From: Paraspadella gotoi
Taxonomy: Eukaryota; Animalia; Chaetognatha
Assembly (NCBI GenBank): GCA_051294375.1
Contig: CM119268.1
Location: 19,346,727 to 19,388,928 of the forward strand
Direction of reading: 5' to 3'
DNA: 42,202 nt
Positions within the stretch are counted from its first letter, which is position 1. Every line of letters starts with the position of its first letter. Positions 27,188 through 38,874 of the stretch are shown one piece after another. The position numbers and the translations under genes were made by a program. The notes beneath the pieces are model-generated. The model did not search any database. It saw nothing but the letters and a program-made list of their open reading frames with translations, and was not told the origin of the DNA.

Positions 27188-28107
27188 CAAGGTGACACAA
27201 GACAACCCGACGCTAGAAAAAATCGTCATTTGCAAACTTTAATATAAAAGATTTTTTCTGTAGTAAAAACTAAAATCATATATATATATCCAAATATTAT
27301 ATTGATTGGTTTTGGTTTGATTTGTCAATGAGCGGAGAAAAGTTGCCTTCAAAATAGTATTTCATTTTAAAACTCTTTTTTTCTTCTTCAATCTGTTTTT
27401 TAACTTTTTAAACATTTAAAAAATATATATATATAAAAAGGTATCAATATTAATATCTTCTAAAAGCTCTTGAAAATATGAATAGAAGGGCATAAAATTA
27501 GCATATACAGCTTTAAATTAAAAAAGGTAATCAAAACTAAGATAATTATAAAATTAAAAATTCCTGAAAACCAGTTTTGGAATAATTATTACATTATTGT
27601 TAGCCATTTTAATTTAGTTTTTCTCAATCTTTTTATGATACCTATATAAACCATAATTGGTTAAATCATTATAGTAAAAATAGGTCAGATATTTGAAAAA
27701 ATATATTTTAGGATTTTAATTTTTTAATTTTGATTATCTTGTTCAAACTAGAGCTGGTTAGGCTTATTTTTATATAGCCATATTCTTAAATCGGTCATTT
27801 TCTTTCAATTTCCATGAACTTTCAGAGGATATTACTATTGATAACTTTTTTAGTAAAAGTTCTTTAAAAAATGTTCAGAAAGTTATACAAAAAGATTGAA
27901 AACAATTTTTTAAAAAAAATGAAAGACAATTTTTAAAGCAACTTTTGCTCGCTCATTGCCAAGTCAAATCATAACCAATCAATATAAATTTGGATATATA
28001 AATGATTTCTGTTTTTACTACAGAAAAAAATCTTTCAGATTAAAAAAATCTTTACAGGTTTGCAAATGACGATTTTTTCTAGAGGCGGGTTGTCGTGTGT
28101 CACCTTG
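27188..28107. mobile_element. Intronic Tc1/mariner-type MITE with long TIRs
   Basis: TA-CAAGGTGACACAAGACAACCCG...CGGGTTGTCGTGTGTCACCTTG-TA; inverted similarity extends ~200 bp. Confidence 0.9.
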
Positions 28108-28154
28108 TAGGGTCCCACCCCTGTAGGTATGCTGCTAAACTCAGTGAAATAGGT

Positions 28155-28405
28155 TATGACGAAGCCTACCTGACACTAGCGCGATAAAGCCTACCTAGCA
28201 GCGATTTGAAGAAGTCTACCTGACAGCGATGTGATAAAGCCTACCTGACAGTGATGTGGTAAAGCCTACCTAACAGTGATGTGATAAAGCCTTCCTGGCA
28301 GAAATTTGATGAAGTCTACCTGACAGCGATGTGATAAACCCTACCTGACAGCGACGTGATAAAGCCTACCTGACATTGACGTGATAAAGCCTACCTGACA
28401 GTGAT
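28155..28405. repeat. 25-bp minisatellite, 10 units (AAAGCCTACCTGACAGTGATGTGAT-like)
   Basis: CTACC core recurs at an exact 25-bp period from 28166 to 28391; one unit has CTTCC. Confidence 0.95.
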
Positions 28406-28525
28406 GTTTTTAAACTGCGTCCCTGCGACTCCCTCTGCCCTTAGCACCATGTAAGTATGTTGATGGCGATGATGATGTTTGTGTTGTTGCTTCGACGTCC
28501 GCTTTCCGCCGCCGTCGTCCGCCAC
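28395..28525 (-). CDS. IgSF gene exon: end of Ig4 with His-rich loop
   Basis: CTCCAG acceptor, GTAGG donor, phase 0 to 2. Translates VADDGGGKRTSKQQHKHHHRHQHTYMVLRAEGVAGTQFKNITV. Confidence 0.8.
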
Positions 28526-28637
28526 CTGGAGACAAAAGAGCATCGAGTCTTAGTTACGATAGAAAATAGTTGCTATTAATAGTTTTTTAATTTTTGAAAA
28601 TATTTGAGTCAACTTGCTTGTGTAAAAGATAAAATGA

Positions 28638-28704
<67 letters not shown>

Positions 28705-28707
<3 letters not shown>

Positions 28708-28866
28708 AAGATATGGAATGCTTGAGTGCGGCAAGAACTATAGTTCTAAAATAAATCCAATCTGTAAAAAATGCAACAAGAAAGACGATGAAGAACATAG
28801 ATTAAATTATTGCCTAAATGGAATCATATAAACTTTATATGAAATCTTGAGCATAATAAATCTAAT

Positions 28867-28870
<4 letters not shown>
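28705..28870 (+). mobile_element. LINE 3'-end fragment with CCHC zinc-knuckle
   Basis: RYGMLECGKNYSSKINPICKKCNKKDDEEHRLNYC, followed by an AATAAATCTAATC tail; the tail motif TTGAGCATAATAAATC repeats at ~29051. Confidence 0.55.
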
Positions 28871-28957
<87 letters not shown>

Positions 28958-29219
28958 CACATTGTAGTTTTATTGCTAATTTATTCCCATTATAATTATA
29001 TATGTATAGCTCATTAACCATTGTATTATCACTGTGTTAAATTTCACATTTTGAGCATAATAAATCATATCAAATCAATCAATATCTCTCAAAGACAATT
29101 TGGATATTACAGCACTTATTGTTTCCTCGTTATATCAATGTGAAAGCCAATGAGTATCAATATTTTTGCCATATAATGCAATCAATTTGAACGAAAAAAC
29201 GAGAAGCCGCGCCCCCTAC

Positions 29220-29464
29220 CACCTTGGTGGACAGAACCACCGGCGTCCTCTGCAGGCTGACGGTCGCCCGAACGCCGAACCGCCAGGTCTCCGTCCGCTT
29301 GGCGGTGACGCGGAGGCCGAGCGCCTCAAACGCGCGACCGAAGGACCACGTGACGTTCCGCTTGGGGACGCGAGGGTGAGAACGAATCTCGCAGGTGAAA
29401 TTGAAGGATTGAGACGAATCGTGAAGGTTGAAGACGTCTGGGCACGAGAAGGCGGGGGCGTAGA
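29220..29464 (-). CDS. IgSF gene exon: most of Ig4
   Basis: CTCCAG acceptor and GTAGG donor (alternative GT 3 nt earlier), phase 1 to 0. Translates VYAPAFSCPDVFNLHDSSQSFNFTCEIRSHPRVPKRNVTWSFGRAFEALGLRVTAKRTETWRFGVRATVSLQRTPVVLSTKV and joins the previous exon as LEIVYAP. Confidence 0.88.
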
Positions 29465-29905
29465 CTGGAGTTATGGGGGTTGGGGTGGAGAAGAAGGTGG
29501 ATGAGGGCGGAGAGGAATTTTTCTTGTTAGCGATTAACGCATCTCTGACTTGGCGATTTTCTGGATACCGTTGTGCCTCTTTGGTTCACGAGTACTCTGC
29601 TTACTAAATTGTACTTGTTCGTAAAAAAGAAATTCTCTAAATGGAAATTAACATTCTTTTTTTTTACTTGTACGTTCTTTTTTTTTCTTTTTCTTTGATC
29701 ATTTTGTGATTTTCCTTCGTATTTCACGTCACAAAAAAAAAACAACCCTATCACTTAAAAGAGCGTCTTTTAATATTATCAATCTATTGGATTTTTGCAA
29801 TACTACTTATTTTCTCGCTCAACTCCAACTCAGATTCAAAAACCATTTTAACATTTCTCCTTTTTTCCTCTTTTCCCTGCTCTTCTCACACCTAACATTA
29901 CTCAC

Positions 29906-30088
29906 CGATCTCCAAGGTGATGTTCTTGTCCAAGACTTTGTCCCTATGTCGCACCCTCAGAGTGACCACAACCGAGGGACGCTTGAAGGAGAAGTGGGTT
30001 TTGGTCAGAGTCTGGATGGCGTGAATGCCATTCTTGATGTCCGTGTACCACTTCTCAGCTTGACGAGACTCAATCTTGTATTTGCCGT
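29906..30088 (-). CDS. IgSF gene exon: second half of Ig3
   Basis: CGCAG acceptor, GTGAG donor, phase 1 to 1, open. Translates DGKYKIESRQAEKWYTDIKNGIHAIQTLTKTHFSFKRPSVVVTLRVRHRDKVLDKNITLEI. Confidence 0.85.
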
Positions 30089-30267
30089 CTGCGGGAGAAG
30101 GGAGGAAGAAGGTGAAGCGTTGGTCTTTGAGTGATTTAAATAATTTGTTTGGTTTATTGTTAGATTGATTTGCTTGATTGATTTATTGAATTATACGATT
30201 GTTTAGAATAATTGATTGATTGATGTGATTTATGTGTTAGATTTTATTGATTGTATGATTGATTAAT

Positions 30268-32023
30268 TGGGGGTGTGCATCGTTTCCAAACCATTAAGTA
30301 TTTTTCAATGAATTGGGCACCATTCGATAGGAAATTTTGAATATTATCTGCATGCAAAATTTCATCAAAATCGGATAATCTGTTCAAAAGTTATGGCAAA
30401 AAAGCGATCGCGAAAATCGCGCTTCAAACCGATCAACTTTCGCTGAAAATCGAACTCATTTTGATCCAACAAGGATTTGTACTACGCGTAGTTTTAAGCT
30501 TTAGATCGGCGATTCTGATAAGGCGCGATCCGGGCCTCATAAGAAGTAATTAAATAATCGAAAGCAGGAAAATATAGAATTCTAATGAGTATAAGTTATA
30601 AAAATACTATAATTATGATAGAATATAAAAGAGAAAAGAAAAGAGAGCAAAAGATAGGGACCGGAATTGTTTGGTAAGATTTTTATTTTTCTATTTCCCA
30701 AAAAAACATAGGGAATTCGAAACAAAAAAGAAGACATTTTAAAAAAATTACTGTATAAAACATATTGAAAGATAAGACTTGATCTTTGGAAAACAAAATG
30801 CATAAACATAATTCTAACTGTTATGCAAAAAAATAATATTTTAAATTACAATTATCTAGTATTATTTTTAAAGTTTCCATTTGTTTGTACCACAGTATCA
30901 AGAAAACAAATTTCGGGGTAAAACTCTAAGGTAACATATGATGCTGAAGCCTTTACTTAACCTTTATCACCATGTTTTAAACCTTGAAAATGAGTCCCCT
31001 GATGTCCCGGCCAATAATATGTCGATAATGTTTTTTACAAAAGTTATTTTACTGTGTATCATCAGATAAAATTGATCTATGAGTATAAAATTGGTGTAAT
31101 CTCTTCCCTATTATGTTAAGAATCTATATATGTTTTCTAGACTCTGGTATATTCCATTGTTTAGTAGATTTGTCTCATATTTTCATTTATTGTTTAATTA
31201 AATATCTTTATTTTGACAAAATATTTTTTCAAAGTTTTAACATGAAAATATAGAAACATTTTATCGCAACATTTAATGAAATTTTGAAAGAAATTGATTA
31301 AGTGGTTGGGTAATGGCACGATTTTAATTTTTTTTATCCACAATTTAACACTTTTTCACGCTATTCATGATTTTTTCAAGTTGCAAGAATTAAAACCGAA
31401 AAAATATCGACAGAGATTGTATAGAAATTAAAAGGCGGAAGAAAGGGAGGAGTGTGGAAGACGATGCCGCGAGCAGATCAAAAGTGGCGTGGCGTAGCGT
31501 AATTTTATGCTCCACACTATTAATTAAAAAGAAAATATTAAAATATATTATTTAGCAAAGCATTTTAAACTATAATTGAGAAAAAAATCTTAAAGAGTAT
31601 TTATCTCGCCAGAAAATTATCAAAAAAAATTAATGAAAAAGTCCGGGAAAAAAAACGAATGATTGATGCGATAACGAATAATTGATGTAAAAGTAATTGA
31701 TTGATGTAATAGTAATAGATTATTGATGCAATGATAACCAAATATTGATGCGATGATAACCAATAATTGATTCGATGATACAACAAATGATTAATGCGAT
31801 GATAAACAAATATTCATGCGATGATAACCAAATGATTGATGTGATGATAACCAAATGATTAATGCGATGATAAACAAATATTCATGCGATGATAACCAAA
31901 TGATTGATGTGATGATAACCAAATGATTGATGCGATGATAGACGTTCATTGCTGTGATGGTAATTATTCAATGACGCGATGAATCATTCATCGTAAATAA
32001 AACAAACAAATGCGTGTATGAGT

Positions 32024-32117
<94 letters not shown>

Positions 32118-34182
32118 AAGAAGCTGGACAGACGCTGCAGAGCCCCAACTCGTTTAGTGACGGTGGTGAAATCTCGGTCAAGACTATCGAACTTACAACA
32201 AAAGTTTTCCCGCCAACGAGACGCATTATTAGGTCACTCTCTGTAGAGAAAGGCCCATACAGACCGACCAAGAGATTGACGGACGAAGGACGAGAGATCG
32301 AGTTCGTCGGACTGACCAGTTGACCGGACTGATATTGACCGTTCGACTCATTCGCACTCTCTCTCTTTCTCTCTCACTTACAGGTTTCTTTCTCTCTAAT
32401 ACTTTACTTGGACAAGAGAGACCGAGTTTAATACACTTTGATCACGATTTACTTACGATTTTCTTTGGACACAAACTATTTACGTCAGATTTTCTGCTTG
32501 ATTTACTGCTCGATTATATTCCATTTACATTTATATTTCGTCTCATTATTTGGTTCCGTTTTCGAGTCTTTTCTCTTCGAGATATTTTCGACGTTCGAGA
32601 TCCGTCAGATTTACGTTTACGTCTCTCTCACGACGAGCCACGCCTACCTCTCGACGCGGGAGAGCCAAGTCTCTCTACACTCTCGTTTACATCGGCTATC
32701 CGTTGCCTCGCAACCGCGGCGTGATCTAGGTCAAGTTGATTTTTTTTTCTACACGTAACGCCTCGCCGTCTTGAAATTGGATCATGTTGATTTTTTTTAT
32801 ACACATAACGTTTCCGTTACCATCTAAACGCGTTATTAGGTCATGTTCCTCGACATTGTTTACTCGTTGCCACGTAACGGCCACGAGGTCAAGATAAAAA
32901 AGCGCGGAATAAATGGCAGTAATAAAAGTTTTTAGAAGGAAAAAAATAATCAGAGAGAACGAGACCTAGAATTAAAAGGGAGAGAGAGAGAGAGCTGCAT
33001 ATAATTAAAACGTTTTTGTTTTGTAAATAAAACATAAACAAATACGAATATTGATATGAAACATGATAATTTCAAAGATCTTGATGATTAGGAGCCATAT
33101 CTAAATTTACAACTCCCTATGATATCACACTTTTACAAGAATCAATCGTAATTCGTAGTACTTTTTATATAAAAATAGATAAAATTGTTTTGTAAATAAA
33201 ACAAACTAATCCGAATATTAATATGAAACATTCCAATTTCAAAGATCTTGATGATGAGAAGCCATATCTAAATTTTATGATATCACACTTTTAATAGCCA
33301 TGATTAGCTGCTTACTGCGGGAATTTCCGATATTGTTTGCTCAAACTTGTTTGATTGCCCGTTGCAAATGTTGAAAATTCATTATCGCCCTATGGTTTGT
33401 GGAAAATCCATCAAGAACTGACCGCGAACCGTTCCGTTCCATTCCGTTCCGATCCGTTTAGTTCCGTTCCGTTCCGTTCTATTCCATTAAAATACGGTAA
33501 AGCCATGTTGAAAAGCTGTTTTAATCTGGCCCGGATCGCGCATGATCAATCCTTTTTTTCGATCGAAGTCCTTATTAGATAACCTCTATAACCAGTTTTA
33601 AATACGGCCCGGATTGCGCTTAAAATCGGCTTTACCGTGCGATAAACGGACTTCATTCGTATTTGCATGAAATTTAATATAAATAGACTAAATTTAGCCC
33701 CGCGCTCTACCTGAAACAGATAGTATAAACAATAGAGTTTCTTTCGATGGTTTTAGAACAAAAAAAAAATGAAGGCTTGACTATGCAGTTTTCAACTAAA
33801 AAACCAGTTCATTTGATTGTTTTATCAAGCATTAAAGATTGCAAGAATTTAAACTTTTCTTTTTTTTATTGTGTAGAGAAGACAAAAGGCTATCCGAAAC
33901 CGTACTGATATGTATGATTTGAGCTATTTTACAAAAGATCTAGCAGGCTTTTTAGGAAAAGGGAAAAAACGGCCTGACCAGTCAATTTAAATACCATTTT
34001 TGGGCATGATAAAATGAAAATTTCGATCGCGCTCTACCTCCGTTGGCTTCCCAAGACACCAAGCTTTCAGAATCTGCCCATATTGATATAATTTTTTTGG
34101 GCCGTGACTATGCAGTTTTGAATAGAAGTGAAACATAAAGGAATCTTGATCGGAACTTCGATTCGAACGATGCGCATCTCTA
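30268..34182. mobile_element. hAT-like non-autonomous element with nested repeats (intronic)
   Basis: Ends TGGGGGTGTGCATCGTT / AACGATGCGCATCTCTA, with GATTAATT on both flanks (30261-30268 and 34183-34190). Subterminal GCGCGATCCGGGCC (~30523) is inverted at ~33528 and ~33606. Confidence 0.6.
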
Positions 34183-34422
34183 GATTAATTTATTTGATAT
34201 ATTGATGTGATTTTTTAAAGTTATTTATTGAATTTGNNNNNNNNNNNNNNNNNNNNNNNNNNNNNNNNNNNNNNNNNNNNNNNNNNNNNNNNNNNNNNNN
34301 NNNNNNNNNNNNNNNNNNNNNNNNNNNNNNNNNNNNTATATTGATGTGATTTTTTAAAGTTATTTATTGAATTTGAATTGATCGATTTTTCAATTTAATT
34401 CAAAACAGGACTTAGTACTTAC

Positions 34423-34555
34423 CAAAGTATGACCATGATATGTTTTTGATGGGAACGATCGGATTTGATAATATGTCGCAAGAAACAAAGTAGACATTTT
34501 CCGTTGAGAGTTTTCTTTGAATTCGGAGACATTCGAGTCGAGGACGAAACCGGAC
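34423..34555 (-). CDS. IgSF gene exon: first half of Ig3
   Basis: CCAG acceptor, GTAAG donor, phase 0 to 1. Translates VRFRPRLECLRIQRKLSTENVYFVSCDILSNPIVPIKNISWSYF, with the V.F.P, C...SNP and I.W Ig pattern. Confidence 0.85.
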
Positions 34556-34559
34556 CTGG

Positions 34560-35320
34560 AACCGGATGTAATGGATTTAAGTAGAAAAGATAAACCGGAT
34601 GTAATGGAATTAAGTAGAAAAGAGAAAACGGATGTAATGGAATTGAGTAAAAATATAAACTGAATGTGATGGTATAAGTAAGAAAAGAAAAACCGGATGT
34701 GATGGAATTGAATAGAATAGAGAAACCGGATCTGATAGAATTAAGTAGAAAAGAGAAACCGGATGTTATGGAATTGAGATTGAGAAACCGGATGTGGAGG
34801 AATTAAGTAGAAAATAGAAATCAGATGTGATGGAATTAAGTAGAAACAAAGTAGACATTTTCCATCGAGAGTTTTCTTTGAATTCGGAGACATTCAAATT
34901 GAGGATGAAACCGGACCTGGAACCGGATGTAATGAATTTCAGTAGAAAAGATAAATAGAATGTAATGGAATTGAGTAGAAAAGAGAAACCGAATGTGATG
35001 GAATTGAGTAGAATAGAGAAACCGGATCTGATGGAATTAAGTAGAAAAGAGAAACCGTACGTGATGGAATTGAGATTGAGAAACCGGATGTGATGGAATT
35101 AAGTAGAAACAAAAAACCTGATGAGATTTATAGCTGTTGTTATCTCATTGAGTAATTGAGTAGAAAAGAAAAACCGGATGTGATGGAATTGAGTAGAATA
35201 GAGAACCGGATCTGATGGAATTAAGTAGAAAAGAGAAACCGGACGTTATGGAATTGAGATTGAGAAACTGGATGTGATGGAATTAAGTAGAAACGAAAAA
35301 CCAGATGTGATGGAATTGAC
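34560..35320. repeat. ~33-bp minisatellite (GAGAAACCGGATGTGATGGAATTAAGTAGAAAA-like) with an embedded partial exon copy
   Basis: Repeated ACCGGATGTGATGGAATT core; 34842-34916 is a copy of exon sequence 34481-34555. Confidence 0.93.
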
Positions 35321-35384
35321 GACAAAATGAGATTCTAATCAAATATTATGAATTTAACTATCAATTTATATAAAATTAACTCAC

Positions 35385-35554
35385 TTCGAGTGGCTCGAAT
35401 CCGCAGTGGAGGGAATGAGTTTGGGTCGCCGTCAAAAACGACGACGTTGACGACGACGAACGAGGACGATGACGCCGGGATGTCTACGAATGTATACATG
35501 AGGATCAGAGACTAACGGAGAGAAGTCAACCTCAGCGGAAACCGGGAGCAATCC

Positions 35555-35555
<1 letters not shown>
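35385..35555 (-). CDS. IgSF gene exon: Ser-rich linker/end of Ig2 (frameshifted as assembled)
   Basis: (CT)n-CAG acceptor, GTGAG donor. Starts in phase 2 as GLLPVSAEVDFSPLVSDPHVYIRRHP and ends in phase 0 as SSSSTSSFLTATQTHSLHCGFEPLE. Its 171 nt need a net -2/+1 correction in the TCG-repeat middle. Confidence 0.65.
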
Positions 35556-35650
<95 letters not shown>

Positions 35651-35815
35651 AATTAATATTTAACCCAATCACTATAAAAGTAATAATTCATTCATTTATT
35701 CTCCCGTGACTTTGGTCAGGCTACGGAAGGCCAAGCCTTCCATTTTTAGTTTCAATAAGATAAAAGGACCCCTAAGCACTGCAGCGCCTTCCCGTTGTCT
35801 CCCAATTTAACTCAC

Positions 35816-36018
35816 CCTTTAAATCCAGGCCAAGACCGCACGTCAATGACATCCGGGTGCGAGGCTTTGCAGCGCAGCGCCTTCCCGTGGTCCTCGTGCG
35901 AAGGCTTAAAGGTGAGAATGGAGAGAGTCTTGTTGCCGAAGGTAACCGCCTCAGCCTCCCGCGTCACGCCTCCGAAATGCCAGGTAAGTGAAGGGTGAGG
36001 GCCGCCGATGGAGATGGA
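35816..36018 (-). CDS. IgSF gene exon: Ig2 core (CD80-like C2-set type)
   Basis: CTCCAG acceptor, GTGAG donor, phase 0 to 2. Translates SISIGGPHPSLTWHFGGVTREAEAVTFGNKTLSILTFKPSHEDHGKALRCKASHPDVIDVRSWPGFK, with GG.P.P.LTW and S.LTF.P...D.G..L.C.A.HP motifs as in nephrin/Kirre/Sidestep-type domains. Confidence 0.9.
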
Positions 36019-36050
36019 CTGGAGTGCGGTTGGGGTTGGGGCAGAGAGAG

Positions 36051-36115
<65 letters not shown>

Positions 36116-36426
36116 GAGAGAGAGAGAGTAGATGGTGCCTTTGTTTGTATTTTTCTCGCTTCATCTTAGTCTCCCTCCTGCTTTCCTTCCTTCCCTTCTC
36201 TCTCTTTGCGCTTCTCCATCTTGACACAGTTTTTCTCTCTCTCTGTCTCTGTCCCTCTATTCGCCTCCATCTCTATCTCTGTTGCTCTTTTGTTTTGGTC
36301 TTGATTCTTCTGGAATCCACTCGAGGGTCCAGGGGTCGAGACCCGACGCGGCGGAAGACGGAAAATATCCTCCGCCACCGATGGAAATAGAAAAGAGGGA
36401 GAGAGAGAGAGATCAGAGGCAGGAGA

Positions 36427-36467
<41 letters not shown>

Positions 36468-36984
36468 GCTGAGAAAATGATCAAGACGTCGCAGCAACGA
36501 GGAGACGAGAGGCGTGAGAAGAGTAGCCAGAAGTAGGTGTCTGACGAACAAGGGTCAAGGTCAATAGGTCGGCGTTCTCAGGGTTGGTGAGAAAAACGAC
36601 GTAATAGCACTCTCTCTAGTATATATATGATATATATAAGACCAGAGAAAAGCGACAGACAGAGGAGAACAAGAAAAATAAAGAGAAGGACTGCAATAAA
36701 AAGAGACAGAGAGAGAGATAGAAAAAAAAGAGAGAGAGACAGACAGAATAAAAGACAGAGAAAGAGATAGATAAAGAGACAGAAAAAGAGACAGAGAGAG
36801 AGAGAAACAAACAGACTTGCAAGCAGATGGATCAACGGAGAAGAGACATAAAAAAATTGCGAGCGAATGCAAAAAAATGTTGGCAGCGAAGATGCGATTT
36901 TACCTTTACTGACTCTTGGAAATCTTGGACGACGACAACGACGACGATGATGAAGGCGACATTGACGACGACGACGACGACGAC

Positions 36985-37560
36985 ATTGAAAAAGCGAATT
37001 AGTCATTTATGGGAATGGGAGAAAAGATTAGGAGACAAATGGACAGGAGTAAATATAGTTAGGAATGTCGAAAGAAAGGTGGGGACTTGCTCAAACTGCA
37101 ACAAGGAATGCAAGTTCAGGGCGGAATTAGCAACGCATAGGAAGCGAATGCACTAAGTATCTAGGCAAAAAAGGTTTTTTGTTTGAACTTAGTGCGATGA
37201 GTCTTTTCAACAAGAGGCTGACCTGATGAATCATAGTAAAATTTGTGGTGGTAGAGCCAAGGACTCGTCAAAAAGGANNNNNNNNNNNNNNNNNNNNNNN
37301 NNNNNNNNNNNNNNNNNNNNNNNNNNNNNNNNNNNNNNNNNNNNNNNNNNNNNNNNNNNNNNNNNNNNNNNNNNNNNNNNNNNNNNNNNNNNNNNNNNNN
37401 NNNNNNNNNNNNNNNNNNNNNNNNNNNNNNNNNNNNNNNNNNNNNNNNNNNNNNNNNNNNNNNNNNNNNNTTAAGAGTGTGAGAGTAAAGTGTGAAATTT
37501 GTGGACTCGAACTCGATAGATCAAATCGAGCTAGGCACATGCGACGACAGCATTAAGAGT
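36985..37560 (+). mobile_element. Duplicate of the C2H2-bearing LINE fragment
   Basis: C2H2 motifs in ORFs 36827-37156 and 37245-37556, with stops and an N gap. Confidence 0.55.
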
Positions 37561-37697
37561 GAGNNNNNNNNNNNNNNNNNNNNNNNNNAAAAAAAGAGAG
37601 AGCAGAATGAATGCCAAGCTTCCATTTTTGTTCAATAAGAATAAATGGAACACCCTAACACTGCAGCGCCTTCCGTTGTCTCCCAATATAGACTTAC

Positions 37698-37906
37698 CCC
37701 TTTAAATCCAGGCCAAGACCGCACGTCAATGACTCCGGTTGTGCGAGGCTTTGCATCGCAGCGCCTTCCGCGTGGTCCTCGTGCGAAGGCTCTAAAGGTT
37801 GAGAATGTGAGAGAGTCTGTTGCCGAAGGTAACCGCCTCAGCCTCCCGCGGTCACGCCTCCGAAATGCCAGGTAAGTGAAGGGTGAGGGCCGCCGATGGA
37901 GATGGA
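37698..37906 (-). pseudogene. Frameshifted duplicate of the Ig2 exon (35816-36018)
   Basis: Near-identical to 35816-36018 but with many 1-nt indels. Lies in a ~1.8-kb tandem duplicate next to N gaps and retains AG/GT ends. Confidence 0.7.
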
Positions 37907-37941
37907 CTGGAGTTCGGTTGGTGGTTGGGGCACGAGAGCAG

Positions 37942-37978
<37 letters not shown>

Positions 37979-38327
37979 TGAGAGAGATAGAGAGTAGAGA
38001 GAGAGAGAGAGAGTAGATTGTGTGCCTTTGTTTGTATTTTTCTCGCTTTCATTCTTAGTCTCCCTCCTGCTTTCCTTCCTTCCCTTCTCTCTCTTTTGCG
38101 CTTCTCCATGCTTGACACAGTTTTTCTCTCTCTCTGTCTCTGTCCCTCTATTCGCCTCCATCTCTATCTCTGTTGCTCTTTTGTTTTGGTCTTGATTCTT
38201 CTGGAATCCACTCGAGGGTCCAGGGGTCGAGACCCGACGCGGCGGAAGACGGAAAATATCCTCCGCCACGATGGAAATAGAAAAGAGGGAGAGAGAGAGA
38301 GATCAGAGGCAGAGAGAGCAGAGAGAG

Positions 38328-38359
<32 letters not shown>

Positions 38360-38874
38360 AGAAGAGAGAACGATGAAAGAGAGAAGAGAGAGGCGTGAGA
38401 GAGTAGCGAGTAGGTGTCGACGAACAGGGTCAAGGCAATAGGTCAGCGTTCCAGGGTTGGTGAGAAAAACGACGTAAAAACCCTCAGAAACAGAAAAATA
38501 GACAGAGAAAAGCGACAGACAGAGGAGACAGAAAAATAAAGAGAGAGGACCGCCATAAAAAGAGACAGAGAGAGAAAGAGCACAGAGAGAGAGATAAAAA
38601 AAAAGAGAGAGAGACAGACAGAATAAAAGACAGAGAGAAGAGATAGCATAAAAGACAGAAAAGAGACGAGAGACAGAGATAGAGAAACAAACAGACTTGC
38701 AAGCAGTATGGATCAACGGAGAAGAGACATAAAAAAATTGCGAGCGAATGCAAAAAAATGTTGGCAGCGAAGATGCGATTTTTACCTTTACTGACTCTTG
38801 TGAAATCTTGGACGACGACAACGACGACGATGATCGAAGGCGACATTGACGACGACCGAGGACGACGACGACAT

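Noticed and set aside
29166-30134. Plus-strand ORFs 29166-29504 and 29706-30134 (also 39393-39788 and 24338-24604)
   Set aside because: They are antisense shadows of the GC-rich minus-strand IgSF exons.
34197-34376. 40-bp direct repeat across a gap
   Set aside because: Identical sequence on both sides of a 100-N gap indicates an unmerged contig overlap.
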